This document shows positions 38,492 to 48,878 of a stretch of DNA of 64,000 nt, piece by piece. A program made the position numbers and the translations under genes. Numbering within the stretch: position 1 is the first letter of the stretch; every line of letters begins with the position of its first letter. Origin of the DNA: Candidatus Chisholmbacteria bacterium RIFCSPHIGHO2_01_FULL_52_32 (lineage in GTDB: Bacteria > Patescibacteriota > Microgenomatia > UBA1400 > Chisholmbacteraceae); NCBI GenBank assembly GCA_001816585.1, contig MHCJ01000007.1:2062-66061 (forward strand). Reading direction: 5' to 3'. Below the pieces are notes generated by a model that was given only the letters and a program-made list of their open reading frames with translations, was not told the DNA's origin and did no database searches.

Positions 38492-40798
38492 ATGAACATT
38501 GCAGTTCTCATCGACCTACTTGTACCCGGAGGCGTGCAGAAGGCAGCCATTGAAGAAGTGCGAAACCTTAGAACATCCGGCCACAAAGCAGAACTCTTTT
38601 GCCTCACCCGTACCCGCGTTGACTACCAATACGAAGATTTACTCAAAGGTATTCCTGTGCGCTATCTTTCCGACCGCAATCCCTTGTTTCTCCAAAGGGC
38701 AGTAAAAATTCCTTTCTTTACCTTCCTTACTACAAACCATCTCCTCTCCCCCTTTCTCGCCCACCGGTACCGAATCCTCAAGGACTTCGACCTCCTGATT
38801 GCCCACGGCACCACCACCTGCCCGACGGCCCTTGCCGTGAGCCGACACTTCAACGTCCCCTATGCGGCGTTCATTTGGGATCCTATGGGTTTTATCCTCC
38901 ACACGGTGTATAGAGTCACCCCCCTTCAGTACTTCTCCCCCCTCCTCGATATCATCATTCGTCTGGTCGAAAGACGGATGCTCACAAATGCGAGGCTCAT
39001 CGTGGCCCCATCCTCCGTGCACAAACGGGCCTTACAAAAAGCCTATGGGATCCAACCGATTGTCATCCCTCCAGGCCATGATTTCATCACAAAAAGAAAG
39101 CCGGGAAAACGAACCTACATCCTCGGATATTCCCGCTGGCAGAAAGAAAAGCATCCCGACTTCTTCCTGAAACTTGCCCAACAGGTGAACCTCCCGATCG
39201 TCCTTGCCGGACTCTGGTCAAACCAAAACGACCTGAAAGCCCTTCGCAGGGAAATCCATGAAAAACACCTCAACATCCAAATCGTCCAACCAGTCCACCA
39301 TAAGGATATCCCTCGCCTCGCAGGCAGAGCCATCGTCTGGGTTCACCCCCACTTCGAGGCGTTCGGAATGCCGGGCCTTGAACTGGCTTCACAGGGCGTC
39401 CCGATCATCATTCCCAAAGGATCCGGCGTGACCGATCTCTTCAAAAACGGTGTTCACGGGCTTTTTCCACCGAGAAACGAACGGGCGCTAATCGCTGCGG
39501 TAAAGACCATCCTGGAAAACCCGGTGTCGGCGCGACAAATGGGACGAAAGGCAGCCCAAGTCGCCAAGGCCTATACCTGGAAAGCCCATACCGCAAAGCT
39601 CCTCGATGCCATAAGCGGAAGAATGAAAGAAAATCCGCCCGCAACCATCCTGCACAACTCGTTTGTAACGACCGCATCCATCGGCGGTGGTGACCGGTTT
39701 ATGATTGAAATCGTCTCCCGCCTCAAACCCAGGAAATTTACGCTCATCACCCCAGAAATCGGCCTCTATCACTGGAAAAAATCGAAGGCAATCAATGTCT
39801 CCTACAAACTCCTCTCCCCCTCCATTTTCGATAACAACGAGTCTCCCTTGCTTCTCTTTTTGGCCTATCTCATCCGAAGCATTCAGACAATAATGAAATT
39901 AACCTTTCTTCCTCAAGTAAAAATCCTCATCTCAACCAACGAACTCACGCCGGAAACTCTCCCCGCCTATTGGTACAAAAAGACCCATCCGCAAACCCGG
40001 TGGATAGCCCGAATCTTCCACCTCGTCCCACCTCCGACAAAGAGAGAAGGCAATTTTCTTGTGAACGGAGGGTCTTTTCTTCTTCAACGGGCAAGCCTCA
40101 TGCTCATGCGCTCCTGCGATCGCATCCTGGTCGATAACCCGTTCCTAAAACAAGAGCTTATGAAACTTGGTTTCCCAAAACAACAAACCGAGGTCCACTA
40201 TGGCGGTGTCGACGTTGAAAAAATAGGAAGCTATAAGGCCGGGAAAACTGAGGCGTTCTCAGCAATCTCAGTCGGCCGCTTCTCTCCCCACAAGGGGACC
40301 TTCGACCTCGTGCCGATCTGGGAAAAAGTCATCCGAACAGTCCCTAAGGCAAAATTGGGCATTGTCGGAGACGGACCGGAAGATCTCAAGCAAAAACTGC
40401 GGGACCAAATCCAAAACGCCAACCTGAAAGATCATGTAAAACTCTTAGGGTTCCTGCCCCATGGTAAGCCACTATTTGATATGCTGAAAAACGCTCGCCT
40501 GCTGATCTTTCCCGATCACGAAGCCGGTTTTGGGCTTATCGTTGTCGAAGCCATGAGCGCCGGGCTGCCTGTCGTAGCCTACAACCTCCCCATCTTTGGG
40601 GAAACATATAAAAAAGGCTACCTTACTGCTCCGCTAAAACAGACTGATACGTTCGCCGCAAATATCGTCAAACTCCTCGAAGATCAAGCCCTCCATCAGA
40701 CCATACAAACACAAGCACGTGAAGAAGTCGGCAAATTCGATTGGAACCGCGCCGCCAGAAAATTTGACCGTCTCCTTAACCGGCTTAGCCAGGAATGA
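38492..40798 (+). CDS. tandem GT4-GT4 glycosyltransferase
   Basis: EAFGMPGLE and EAGFGLIVVEAMS motifs; likely start MNIAVL. Confidence 0.9.
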   Translation: MNIAVLIDLLVPGGVQKAAIEEVRNLRTSGHKAELFCLTRTRVDYQYEDLLKGIPVRYLSDRNPLFLQRAVKIPFFTFLTTNHLLSPFLAHRYRILKDFDLLIAHGTTTCPTALAVSRHFNVPYAAFIWDPMGFILHTVYRVTPLQYFSPLLDIIIRLVERRMLTNARLIVAPSSVHKRALQKAYGIQPIVIPPGHDFITKRKPGKRTYILGYSRWQKEKHPDFFLKLAQQVNLPIVLAGLWSNQNDLKALRREIHEKHLNIQIVQPVHHKDIPRLAGRAIVWVHPHFEAFGMPGLELASQGVPIIIPKGSGVTDLFKNGVHGLFPPRNERALIAAVKTILENPVSARQMGRKAAQVAKAYTWKAHTAKLLDAISGRMKENPPATILHNSFVTTASIGGGDRFMIEIVSRLKPRKFTLITPEIGLYHWKKSKAINVSYKLLSPSIFDNNESPLLLFLAYLIRSIQTIMKLTFLPQVKILISTNELTPETLPAYWYKKTHPQTRWIARIFHLVPPPTKREGNFLVNGGSFLLQRASLMLMRSCDRILVDNPFLKQELMKLGFPKQQTEVHYGGVDVEKIGSYKAGKTEAFSAISVGRFSPHKGTFDLVPIWEKVIRTVPKAKLGIVGDGPEDLKQKLRDQIQNANLKDHVKLLGFLPHGKPLFDMLKNARLLIFPDHEAGFGLIVVEAMSAGLPVVAYNLPIFGETYKKGYLTAPLKQTDTFAANIVKLLEDQALHQTIQTQAREEVGKFDWNRAARKFDRLLNRLSQE

Positions 40799-42021
40799 TC
40801 AAGAATAAACCGAATCTCGTTATCCTCGTCAACGCCTTTGTCTCCGCGAAATCGATCGGCGGAGGTGATCGTTTCATAATGGAAGTGGCGCCAACGCTCT
40901 CAAAAAGCGCCGACACAACCATCATCCTTCCCAAAGTCGGTTACCGTCACTGGCTGCAAAAAGGCCTGGCAAAAGCAAAATATATTGTCCTGAGACCAAC
41001 AGTATTTGACAACCGCGACAACCCATTTGCCATTATGCTGGCGTACCTTATCCGTTGCTTGCAAACGATTGTTATCCTCAAACGCTCCCGTCTGAGTCAC
41101 CTCGTAACCGCCTCGCACTACCTCCCCGATATTCTTCCGGCAGCCGTAATAAAATGGCTTCAGCCCGACATACGCTGGACCGCCAGAATGTACCACTTGA
41201 TCCCTTCACCAACCAAACGCGTCGGCAACCCCCTAACCAATACTGCAGTCTTCCTCCTCCAAAGGCTCTCCCTCCTTTTTCTGAGATACGCGGACCTGAT
41301 CGTCGCAGATAACCGGGAAACACTGATCCACTTAAGGAAAATGGGCTTCCTCCCCAACAATCTCAAGCTTCTTTTAAGCGGTATCGACTACCAAACAATC
41401 GCAAACCATATCCCAAGAAAAAACTTTCCTTTCGCTGCCGCCTATATCGGCCGCCTCGATCCCCACAAAGGAATCTTTGACCTTCCACAAGTCTGGCGCC
41501 TGGTTGTCAAAACCCTCCCAAAAACCAAGCTTGCGATCGCGGGCTATGGCCCAAAGGAAACCACACGAAACCTAACCAGGGAATTCAACAGGAACAATCC
41601 CAGCTCAAGTTTCAGCTTTGTCGGATTCCTACCCCATGAAGAAAATGGTTCACATCCGCTCTATGATCTCTTAAAGTCAATCAAAGTCCTTCTTTTGCCC
41701 AACCACGAAGGCGGCTGGCCACTCACCGTTGCCGAAGCCATGGCCGCTGGAGTTCCAGTGGTTGCGTATGATCTCACAATTTTCAGGACAGCCTTTACAC
41801 GAGGGAGGCTTATCGCCCCGATGAAAGATAAGCACATTTTTGCCAAACACGTGATCGCCCTGCTGTCCGATGAAAGGAGGCGAAAAAAGATTGGTCATAT
41901 CGCGGAAAAACAAGCCAGGCAATATGATGTCCGCCCAATCTCCCGCCAATTTGCTCAACTGATCTTGGGGAACGGTCCCGTCCTTCCAAGCCCAAAGCCA
42001 AGAAGTCATCCGGGACAATGA
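40795..42021 (+). CDS. GT4 glycosyltransferase, paralog of the C-terminal half of the upstream gene
   Basis: SIGGGDRF, GR..PHKG.FDL, EGGW...EAMAAG. Confidence 0.9.
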   Translation: MIKNKPNLVILVNAFVSAKSIGGGDRFIMEVAPTLSKSADTTIILPKVGYRHWLQKGLAKAKYIVLRPTVFDNRDNPFAIMLAYLIRCLQTIVILKRSRLSHLVTASHYLPDILPAAVIKWLQPDIRWTARMYHLIPSPTKRVGNPLTNTAVFLLQRLSLLFLRYADLIVADNRETLIHLRKMGFLPNNLKLLLSGIDYQTIANHIPRKNFPFAAAYIGRLDPHKGIFDLPQVWRLVVKTLPKTKLAIAGYGPKETTRNLTREFNRNNPSSSFSFVGFLPHEENGSHPLYDLLKSIKVLLLPNHEGGWPLTVAEAMAAGVPVVAYDLTIFRTAFTRGRLIAPMKDKHIFAKHVIALLSDERRRKKIGHIAEKQARQYDVRPISRQFAQLILGNGPVLPSPKPRSHPGQ

Positions 42022-42027
42022 GCAAAG

Positions 42028-42720
42028 TCAAAAGGATTGATAAGGCTTATTCCCAAAGATATAGAGCGTCCCGCAGAGCTTTTTAAAGGGAAAAAACAAC
42101 GGGCCGCGAAACACCGGGAAATTCCACTGTTCAAGTGTACGGCGAACTCCGGGAAGGGGCGGAAGCCCGTGAAGGATGGCTCCTTGAACACGTAAATCAC
42201 GAAATCCAGCCTCGAAAAGACGTTTCGCCCAGTAGCGGGATGCACGAACGTTCACATGCGTAGGGTCATCAGGAAAAATCCTCGTCGTCACCGATCGTAG
42301 CCAACCCTGGTGGTTTGGCGTCGTGATGAACAGGACGCCGCCTGGCCGGAGCACACGAAAGGCTTCGGAAAAAAGAAACATCGGAGAATGAAGATGTTCA
42401 ACAACATCAAAAATTGTTATTGCATCAAACCAATCATTTTTAAATGGAAGCCGTTGGCGAGCCACGTCTACCTTCTTAAGGACACCGTGTACTCGCCTTC
42501 TGGCTTGAGCCAGTGCGTATCCGGAAATATCAACTCCAGAGACTTTAGCCCCCCTCTTTTGCACAGAAGATAGAAAGTCCCCAAAGCCGCACCCGACATC
42601 TAACACGCGTCGCAAAGAAGCAACCTTTTCAAACAGGATCTCCGCACGGGCTTTGGAGATGAGTTCCCCCTCTCTCGATGCGTTATAAATCCGCTCAAAA
42701 TATTCCCGACCATAGTTCAT
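42028..42720 (-). CDS. class I SAM methyltransferase
   Basis: VLDVGCGFG, DVVEH, RVLRPGG. Confidence 0.92.
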   Translation of the reverse strand: MNYGREYFERIYNASREGELISKARAEILFEKVASLRRVLDVGCGFGDFLSSVQKRGAKVSGVDISGYALAQARRRVHGVLKKVDVARQRLPFKNDWFDAITIFDVVEHLHSPMFLFSEAFRVLRPGGVLFITTPNHQGWLRSVTTRIFPDDPTHVNVRASRYWAKRLFEAGFRDLRVQGAILHGLPPLPGVRRTLEQWNFPVFRGPLFFPFKKLCGTLYIFGNKPYQSF

Positions 42721-42834
42721 AGGGTATAGGGTATAGGGTATAGGAATTAGGGTTTAGGAATTAGAAATTTGATGTCATTCGTACTGTAATTTGTTATTTG
42801 TAATTTGAAATTTGTCTCCCCCTCACCATCCTTC

Positions 42835-45798
42835 TTACTCCTCCTCCCTCTCCCACCACCGTCCTACATGCTTCAGAAGAACATTCCAAATCCTTCTGAC
42901 CAGCGCTCCGAAAACTCTACCATTAAACAGAAATTTATCCAAAAGGATGATCCCGATCACGGCGGAAGCCGCAATCTCAAGCCAAGTCAAAAAGGCCCCG
43001 CGGAACCGAAAATCAACGACCATGGGCTTGCCTTCAAAATCCGGAGGGATCCTTGCCCACATTACGCCTGGATATCCGAGTCCCGTCCGCCAAATCGTCA
43101 GGCCCATTCCCTTCCCCTCCGAAGTCAAACGTGCCGACCACCCGGGAAATCGTGACTCTTTAAACAGAACGCCGCGTGTTCCGTCTCCCGAGACCCGGCG
43201 ATGCGAAGCAGAAACAAACGATGCATCAAACTCCGGACTCTCCGTAGCCTCCGAAAAGGACTCCGGGAGGACAATCCGAAGCAGCGTTTTCAAAAGCTCC
43301 CCTTCCTGGAGGTTACGGTTGCGTTCAAGGTGTGCCGCAAGGTTCAAGCCCGACCAAACAGCGGTTCCCGACCCAACCTGAACGGTAGCAATCACCGGCT
43401 TCCCTGAGAGCCGTAGTAGTACTGAGGCTTTATCGTCAATATCACTATCCTCCGCATAGGAAACGTTCCACGGTCCGCCATCATAGATGAGCGGAGCAAA
43501 TTCCCCGAACGCTATCCCGGAGAGGAGAGGATCAGCCTCAACCTCCCAACGCATTCCTAAATCTCCCCGATGGGTCGCAACCATAGGAAAGAGTGCCGGG
43601 AGTTCCCTGGGAAATGTACCCGGGAGGGCTACTGATTCCGACTCTTTGACTTCTGCTCCCGTGTCAACCAGAACCGCTCCTCCGCCTTCCACAAACCGAA
43701 CCAGCATATTCCATGCCTTCCCATGATTTCGATAGTCATATCCGTAGAGGAAAACGGCGTCAAACTGGACAAGGTCGGATGGTCGCACCTGATCAAGGAA
43801 CTTTGGCCCCTTGACCGGAATAAGCTGACGGCTCGTCAACCCCAGCTGTGCCAGGGTTCTTATGAAAATCTCCCACCGTGGCTCATCACCGACGAACAGA
43901 ACCGAAGGCGCATTGGTCAGGGAGAGGATCGGCCCCACCAGGCTTTCTTGAATCTCAAGAAACCGCACCCAGTTCTGCATCGAAGGCTCGTATCGACCCC
44001 CCCTAATGTCTCCCGGTAGAGGCAAGCGGGCACCCTGCACTGCCCACTTTTCATCCCTGCCAGAGAACTCCGGGGTCGGCAGATACGAGGAGAATGTTGT
44101 CACGACGGATGAACCAGACCCATAGCTCTCCCCAGCCAGATATCGGATCGCATTCCAATCCAAAACAAACCGCGCCGCATTCTTGGACATCTCCACGGGA
44201 TAATCAAATTTTTCCACTGCGACATTATTGTCAAGCACTATATCCATCAGGAATATCCCCCATCGCTGTGCGTCCGTGATTGCCGGATCAATGTATCCGC
44301 GCGCCAGCGGCATATCGTAGTAGCTGTTGAACCAGATGTTGAAAATCTGATCTGCACTATAGAGCCGGTAATCCTTTGTTTGAACCGGAACCCAGGGGGG
44401 AACGGCCACCTTCGCAAAATCCTCCTGGTCTTTCCGGTCCACCACATTGGTTGTCCTCCCGGGAAAACCGGCCGAAAATACCGATTTGAAGTACAGCGAA
44501 TTGTCGAAATCCGAAAGATAGAGCCGTGAACCCAAAATCACAACCACACCTAAGAGAACGACATCCACACCCAAATCAATAACCTTCCGAAAGGCGGTGT
44601 CGGATCGCCCAACAACTGTTGAAAATACTTCCCCCCAACAGACGGAGGTAAAACACCCTATCAGGAGTGGCACCGGCCAAAACACGCGGTACCAACCTCC
44701 GTGGAAGATATCGATACCGATGGAATAGAGATATAAATAGCCGGTGGTATATCCAACCAGAAGGGTAACCCAAAGGATGGAAAAGACGGATGACCTCGAC
44801 ACTTGTCTCTTCACCATCACCCGGATGAAGGTAAAGCTAAAGTACACAAGCAAAAACACAACCACCCCCGCTCCGGCAATCAAAAAGAGCCAAGGATGGC
44901 TGTCGGTGTAGAAGTGGTAGATACGTGTGCGGTAAAACTCCCGCACTTCATCGGAGAGTGCTGGCCCCGGAGTTGCCTGGTAGGTCACCGGAATTTCTCC
45001 GGAAAGACCGGAGAGAATCTGGGCAGGCATCCGAACCAGCGCCGGGAGTCTCACGGCAGTCACCGGAAAACCGATGAAGAAAACCAATACCATGAACAAA
45101 ACCGTTTCAACAATCCTCTGCCGAAAACCCGATGCTTGCTCACGCGGAGCAGTCAGGAGCGAAATGATGGAAAGCGCAAACCCATAAGAAAGCGCCACCT
45201 GTGGATGCCCGTACTGCGAGACACCCAAGGCAAGGATTGCTCCGGCAAACCACCGTTTCTTCCCGGTCTGAAAGTACAGGACAAGGAGAAGCAATGTTAA
45301 AGGAAGAAACATCTGGGTCCCGAAGTAAGGAACGCTACCGCCCCAAATGAGAGCGCCGTAGAGGTTGACTGAATACGTTCCCAAAATCGCAAGGAAAAGC
45401 GCCAATCCCCGATTACGCGAAAGCCTGGCAAAAAGGAGATAGGAAAAGACAAGGAAAGCAAACGTCGTTACGAGCATCCAAAATTGAACCGCCCGAACGG
45501 CAGCAAGTTGGGAAAGGAACGGTAGCGCAGCGTAGAGATGAAGACTCGGGTAATCCAAAATCAAAGGCTCCCCGTTAAAAGCGATGTACTTCCACGACAG
45601 AGGAAGCGTGGCAAAATGCCGACCCAAATAAGCCACAAGGGTCGTCGTATTCAGAAGGTCAACCCCCCGAACCGGAATCGCCTCCCAGTACCACCGCGCC
45701 ACCGGCAGAAATGCCTGGTAGAGAACATAAAGAGCTGCAAGGTGAAGAAACAGCCCCACCAGCAGAATGAGGAAATTGACGATTCTTTTCGCCATCAC
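42835..45798 (-). CDS. large polytopic GT-C-like membrane protein (paralog 2)
   Basis: GVDLLN, NIWFN..DMPLARGY, LDWNAIRY, FPGW, C-terminal GRWWEREEE. Confidence 0.8.
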   Translation of the reverse strand: MMAKRIVNFLILLVGLFLHLAALYVLYQAFLPVARWYWEAIPVRGVDLLNTTTLVAYLGRHFATLPLSWKYIAFNGEPLILDYPSLHLYAALPFLSQLAAVRAVQFWMLVTTFAFLVFSYLLFARLSRNRGLALFLAILGTYSVNLYGALIWGGSVPYFGTQMFLPLTLLLLVLYFQTGKKRWFAGAILALGVSQYGHPQVALSYGFALSIISLLTAPREQASGFRQRIVETVLFMVLVFFIGFPVTAVRLPALVRMPAQILSGLSGEIPVTYQATPGPALSDEVREFYRTRIYHFYTDSHPWLFLIAGAGVVVFLLVYFSFTFIRVMVKRQVSRSSVFSILWVTLLVGYTTGYLYLYSIGIDIFHGGWYRVFWPVPLLIGCFTSVCWGEVFSTVVGRSDTAFRKVIDLGVDVVLLGVVVILGSRLYLSDFDNSLYFKSVFSAGFPGRTTNVVDRKDQEDFAKVAVPPWVPVQTKDYRLYSADQIFNIWFNSYYDMPLARGYIDPAITDAQRWGIFLMDIVLDNNVAVEKFDYPVEMSKNAARFVLDWNAIRYLAGESYGSGSSVVTTFSSYLPTPEFSGRDEKWAVQGARLPLPGDIRGGRYEPSMQNWVRFLEIQESLVGPILSLTNAPSVLFVGDEPRWEIFIRTLAQLGLTSRQLIPVKGPKFLDQVRPSDLVQFDAVFLYGYDYRNHGKAWNMLVRFVEGGGAVLVDTGAEVKESESVALPGTFPRELPALFPMVATHRGDLGMRWEVEADPLLSGIAFGEFAPLIYDGGPWNVSYAEDSDIDDKASVLLRLSGKPVIATVQVGSGTAVWSGLNLAAHLERNRNLQEGELLKTLLRIVLPESFSEATESPEFDASFVSASHRRVSGDGTRGVLFKESRFPGWSARLTSEGKGMGLTIWRTGLGYPGVMWARIPPDFEGKPMVVDFRFRGAFLTWLEIAASAVIGIILLDKFLFNGRVFGALVRRIWNVLLKHVGRWWEREEE

Positions 45799-45931
45799 TA
45801 AGCCTTTTTAATTGCTATATTGTTACATTGTTCTACTGTTGGTAGATCAAAGATTGAGTGTTTTCAACAATATAACAGTGAAGCAATATAACAATATCTC
45901 TTTGTCTCCAATCCCTCCCTCTCCTACCTCC

Positions 45932-48841
45932 TCACTCCTCCTCTCTCTCCCACCACCGTCCGACGCGTGCAAGAACTCTTGAAAGAAGTTTCAGGACTCG
46001 CTTACCCACAAACCAGCCGTTGAACAGGGAAAGATCAACCAAGGTCAGACCCGCCACCCACGATAAAATCCAGGGAAGATACCACTGAAACCTCCCCCAG
46101 TAGGTAAATCGTGCTTCTACCGGTCCTTGCCCGCTCAGCGGAACGTACAGGTATCCCGGGTACGCCGGCCCGGCCGTATAGGCTTTCGCCGTTTTTCCGT
46201 TCACCGTCACCTGCCAGCCGGGATAGAACTGTTCCTTGAACAGGATGCCTCTTCCGCTCTGATCGGAGCGGAAAGAAACTGATCGGGAGCTTTCAAACCT
46301 CGGCTCCCCCGCCGAAATATCGGTCAGATTGAGAGGAACCAATTCGTCGAGAAGATTCACCAGGAGTCTGCTTTCCATAACGTTGGTATTGGCATGAACG
46401 TGGTAGGCAAGGTTCATCCCGCTCCAGAGAACAGTCCCCTCCCCCAAAGGATAACGCACCAGAACCGGCTTTCCTCTCTGAAACAACAGAACCTCTGCCT
46501 TTGCATCAACCTCCGAAACAGGATAGGAAAACTTCCACTCGCCATCCTCCCAAGTTGGCGGAGAAAATGCCTCAAAATCAACTCCCGAAAAGACAGGATC
46601 GGAGGACGCAGTAATTTCCCATTGTGAACCTAAGCCCTGACGTTGGGCATCTAAAAATGGGAAGAGTTCCGGAAGGTTGAGGCGCGCTGACTCCCGTGTT
46701 TCACTCCCGGTATCGATCAGAACCTTCCCGCCCGCTGAAACATACCGGGAAAGTGAGGAAAACGCCTTATCCCGATTCCTGTAACGGTAGTTGGCAAGGT
46801 AAACCACATCAAAGGATGACAAATCGCTTGTCGAGAAGCTGTCAACGGGCTTTTCCGAATATGCAGTAATCAGAAACCGCGAATGGATGTTGTTCATGGA
46901 CAGCGCTTTAATCAGAGCCTCATACGCCGGCCAATCGCACAGACAAAGAAGAGACGGGGCGTTTGAAACGGAGACTACCGGTGAGACCAGCTCATCCTTA
47001 ACTCGGAAGTACTCAAGATACTGCGGGATGTCCATAATTTCCGGTTTTCCTGAAGGCGTTTCATAGAGCCGGTACAATCCCACGGTCTTCGTCTGTGCCT
47101 GCTCCGCTATGGCACCCTCAAGAAAGGACGAAGGTCTCTTATTGTCCGAAATCGAAACATGCCCGCCTTCAAAGTAGCGGACGGCATTCCAATCGATGTA
47201 GTAAAGCGCCATATTTTTCGCCGTATCCACGGGATAATGGAAGTTCTCGACAAGCCCGTCGGCACCCAAAGCCTGATCGGTCAGGAAAATTTGCCCCATC
47301 CGATCGGTCCCGATCGGCGGATCGATATATCCCCGCACCAACGGCATATCAAAAAGCGCATTCCACCACACATTAACCTGGGCATCAGTCTCATATAATC
47401 GCCAGTTGCGGTCAAAAGGGTCAAGCCACGCCGGAACAAGATCCTTCTGAAGCCTCGTAAGATCCTCGTCTGAACGGATCAAGTTGATCGCTTCAGGATA
47501 TGCACTGGAAGGCGATGACTTTTCAGTCACAACCGCAAGCGTCTTTGCAAGGTCCACTGACTGGTACACCACTCCGAGCATACCCACAGACAGAACGCCC
47601 AGAGCCACGGAAGCGATTTTCCCAAAGGTCCGGGTAATCCTCGAAAACGTGTCCAATATGTAGCCGACGATTACGGCCAGAAGAAGGCCAAGACTTACCG
47701 GAAAATGCCAGAACGCCCGATACCATCCCTGTGACAGGAACGGAAAACCATAGCTATTGGCAAACACGTGCAGGATGGAATATCCGGCCAAGATTGCCCA
47801 CGGGACAATCCGAAGCACCTGTTTCTTTTCTTTATCCATGACGAGAGCGACGAGAAACACCGCCACGGCAAAACCGATTATGGCAAATATCCACGGATTG
47901 GTATCTGAAAAAAGAACCAGGAATCTGCTCTGTTCCCAGGCAGCTTGGGCGGAATCTTTCATTCCCGCCAGGCCACCCTCGCGAAATTGCGCTCCCGAAG
48001 AGGCGGCGCCAAAGGAGGTCAACAACCGTCCCTTGAGCGAAGCGATGAAAAGCCCGCTGAACAAGGAGGTCGTGACGCGGTTTGAGAGGATCGTAAGTCC
48101 CACAAGAAAGACCGCGAACTCCCCCAGACGCCCCTTGAGTCCGAGCGGCTGTTTCCGCCATCCCAGGAAGAGAAGGAGGGCCGCCGAAACCAAGACAAAC
48201 GTTCCCGCGTTCATCGCGTGCCCGAGAAATGCCAGCCCAACCAAAAATACGGACCCCCAGAACCAACCCCGACGGCCAGTCTCAAGATAACTGGATAACG
48301 TCCAAAGGCACAGTGGAAAAAACAGCTGATTGGCAAAATAGGGCAAACTCCCTCCCCAGGTCAACGACCCGTAGAGGTTAGGAGAAAAAGCCACCAGCAC
48401 GGCAATCACGACTGCAAACAGATGGTTTCTGCTTAATCGCTGGGCTGTAAGATAGGTAAACACAAGAAAGAGGAACAGACTGACAAGCATCCCGACCTTG
48501 ACCGAGGCAATCAGGGGCAACCAGCGCGCCAGGATGGAAATCGGATAATACCAGCCGATCGAAAAATCGGGATACAGGGGTGAACCCCCAAACCAAAAGG
48601 AGCGATATGCCCACGGGGGGAAATTGAAATTCTCTGCAAACATCCGCACATGGGTCACGGTATTGAAGAAATCAACACCAAGAATCGGTCGGAAATCAAA
48701 GTACCATGAAGCGATCGGCCAAACGGCCGCACCGAGAATGAGGATTGCAACCAGATGGAAAAAAATCCCTATGGCAGTCTTTATGACGGCAACAAGCTTC
48801 ACATGTTTCTCCCAATGCCATTCCGTTCGTCTCTCCCCCAT
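45932..48841 (-). CDS. large polytopic GT-C-like membrane protein (paralog 3)
   Basis: GVDFFN, WFGGSP, NVWWN..DMPLVRGY, IDWNAVRY, YPGW.V.VNG, GRWWEREEE. Confidence 0.8.
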   Translation of the reverse strand: MGERRTEWHWEKHVKLVAVIKTAIGIFFHLVAILILGAAVWPIASWYFDFRPILGVDFFNTVTHVRMFAENFNFPPWAYRSFWFGGSPLYPDFSIGWYYPISILARWLPLIASVKVGMLVSLFLFLVFTYLTAQRLSRNHLFAVVIAVLVAFSPNLYGSLTWGGSLPYFANQLFFPLCLWTLSSYLETGRRGWFWGSVFLVGLAFLGHAMNAGTFVLVSAALLLFLGWRKQPLGLKGRLGEFAVFLVGLTILSNRVTTSLFSGLFIASLKGRLLTSFGAASSGAQFREGGLAGMKDSAQAAWEQSRFLVLFSDTNPWIFAIIGFAVAVFLVALVMDKEKKQVLRIVPWAILAGYSILHVFANSYGFPFLSQGWYRAFWHFPVSLGLLLAVIVGYILDTFSRITRTFGKIASVALGVLSVGMLGVVYQSVDLAKTLAVVTEKSSPSSAYPEAINLIRSDEDLTRLQKDLVPAWLDPFDRNWRLYETDAQVNVWWNALFDMPLVRGYIDPPIGTDRMGQIFLTDQALGADGLVENFHYPVDTAKNMALYYIDWNAVRYFEGGHVSISDNKRPSSFLEGAIAEQAQTKTVGLYRLYETPSGKPEIMDIPQYLEYFRVKDELVSPVVSVSNAPSLLCLCDWPAYEALIKALSMNNIHSRFLITAYSEKPVDSFSTSDLSSFDVVYLANYRYRNRDKAFSSLSRYVSAGGKVLIDTGSETRESARLNLPELFPFLDAQRQGLGSQWEITASSDPVFSGVDFEAFSPPTWEDGEWKFSYPVSEVDAKAEVLLFQRGKPVLVRYPLGEGTVLWSGMNLAYHVHANTNVMESRLLVNLLDELVPLNLTDISAGEPRFESSRSVSFRSDQSGRGILFKEQFYPGWQVTVNGKTAKAYTAGPAYPGYLYVPLSGQGPVEARFTYWGRFQWYLPWILSWVAGLTLVDLSLFNGWFVGKRVLKLLSRVLARVGRWWEREEE

Positions 48842-48878
48842 ACTATCAAAAAGCTACCCTTGAAGGAAATGGAAATTC

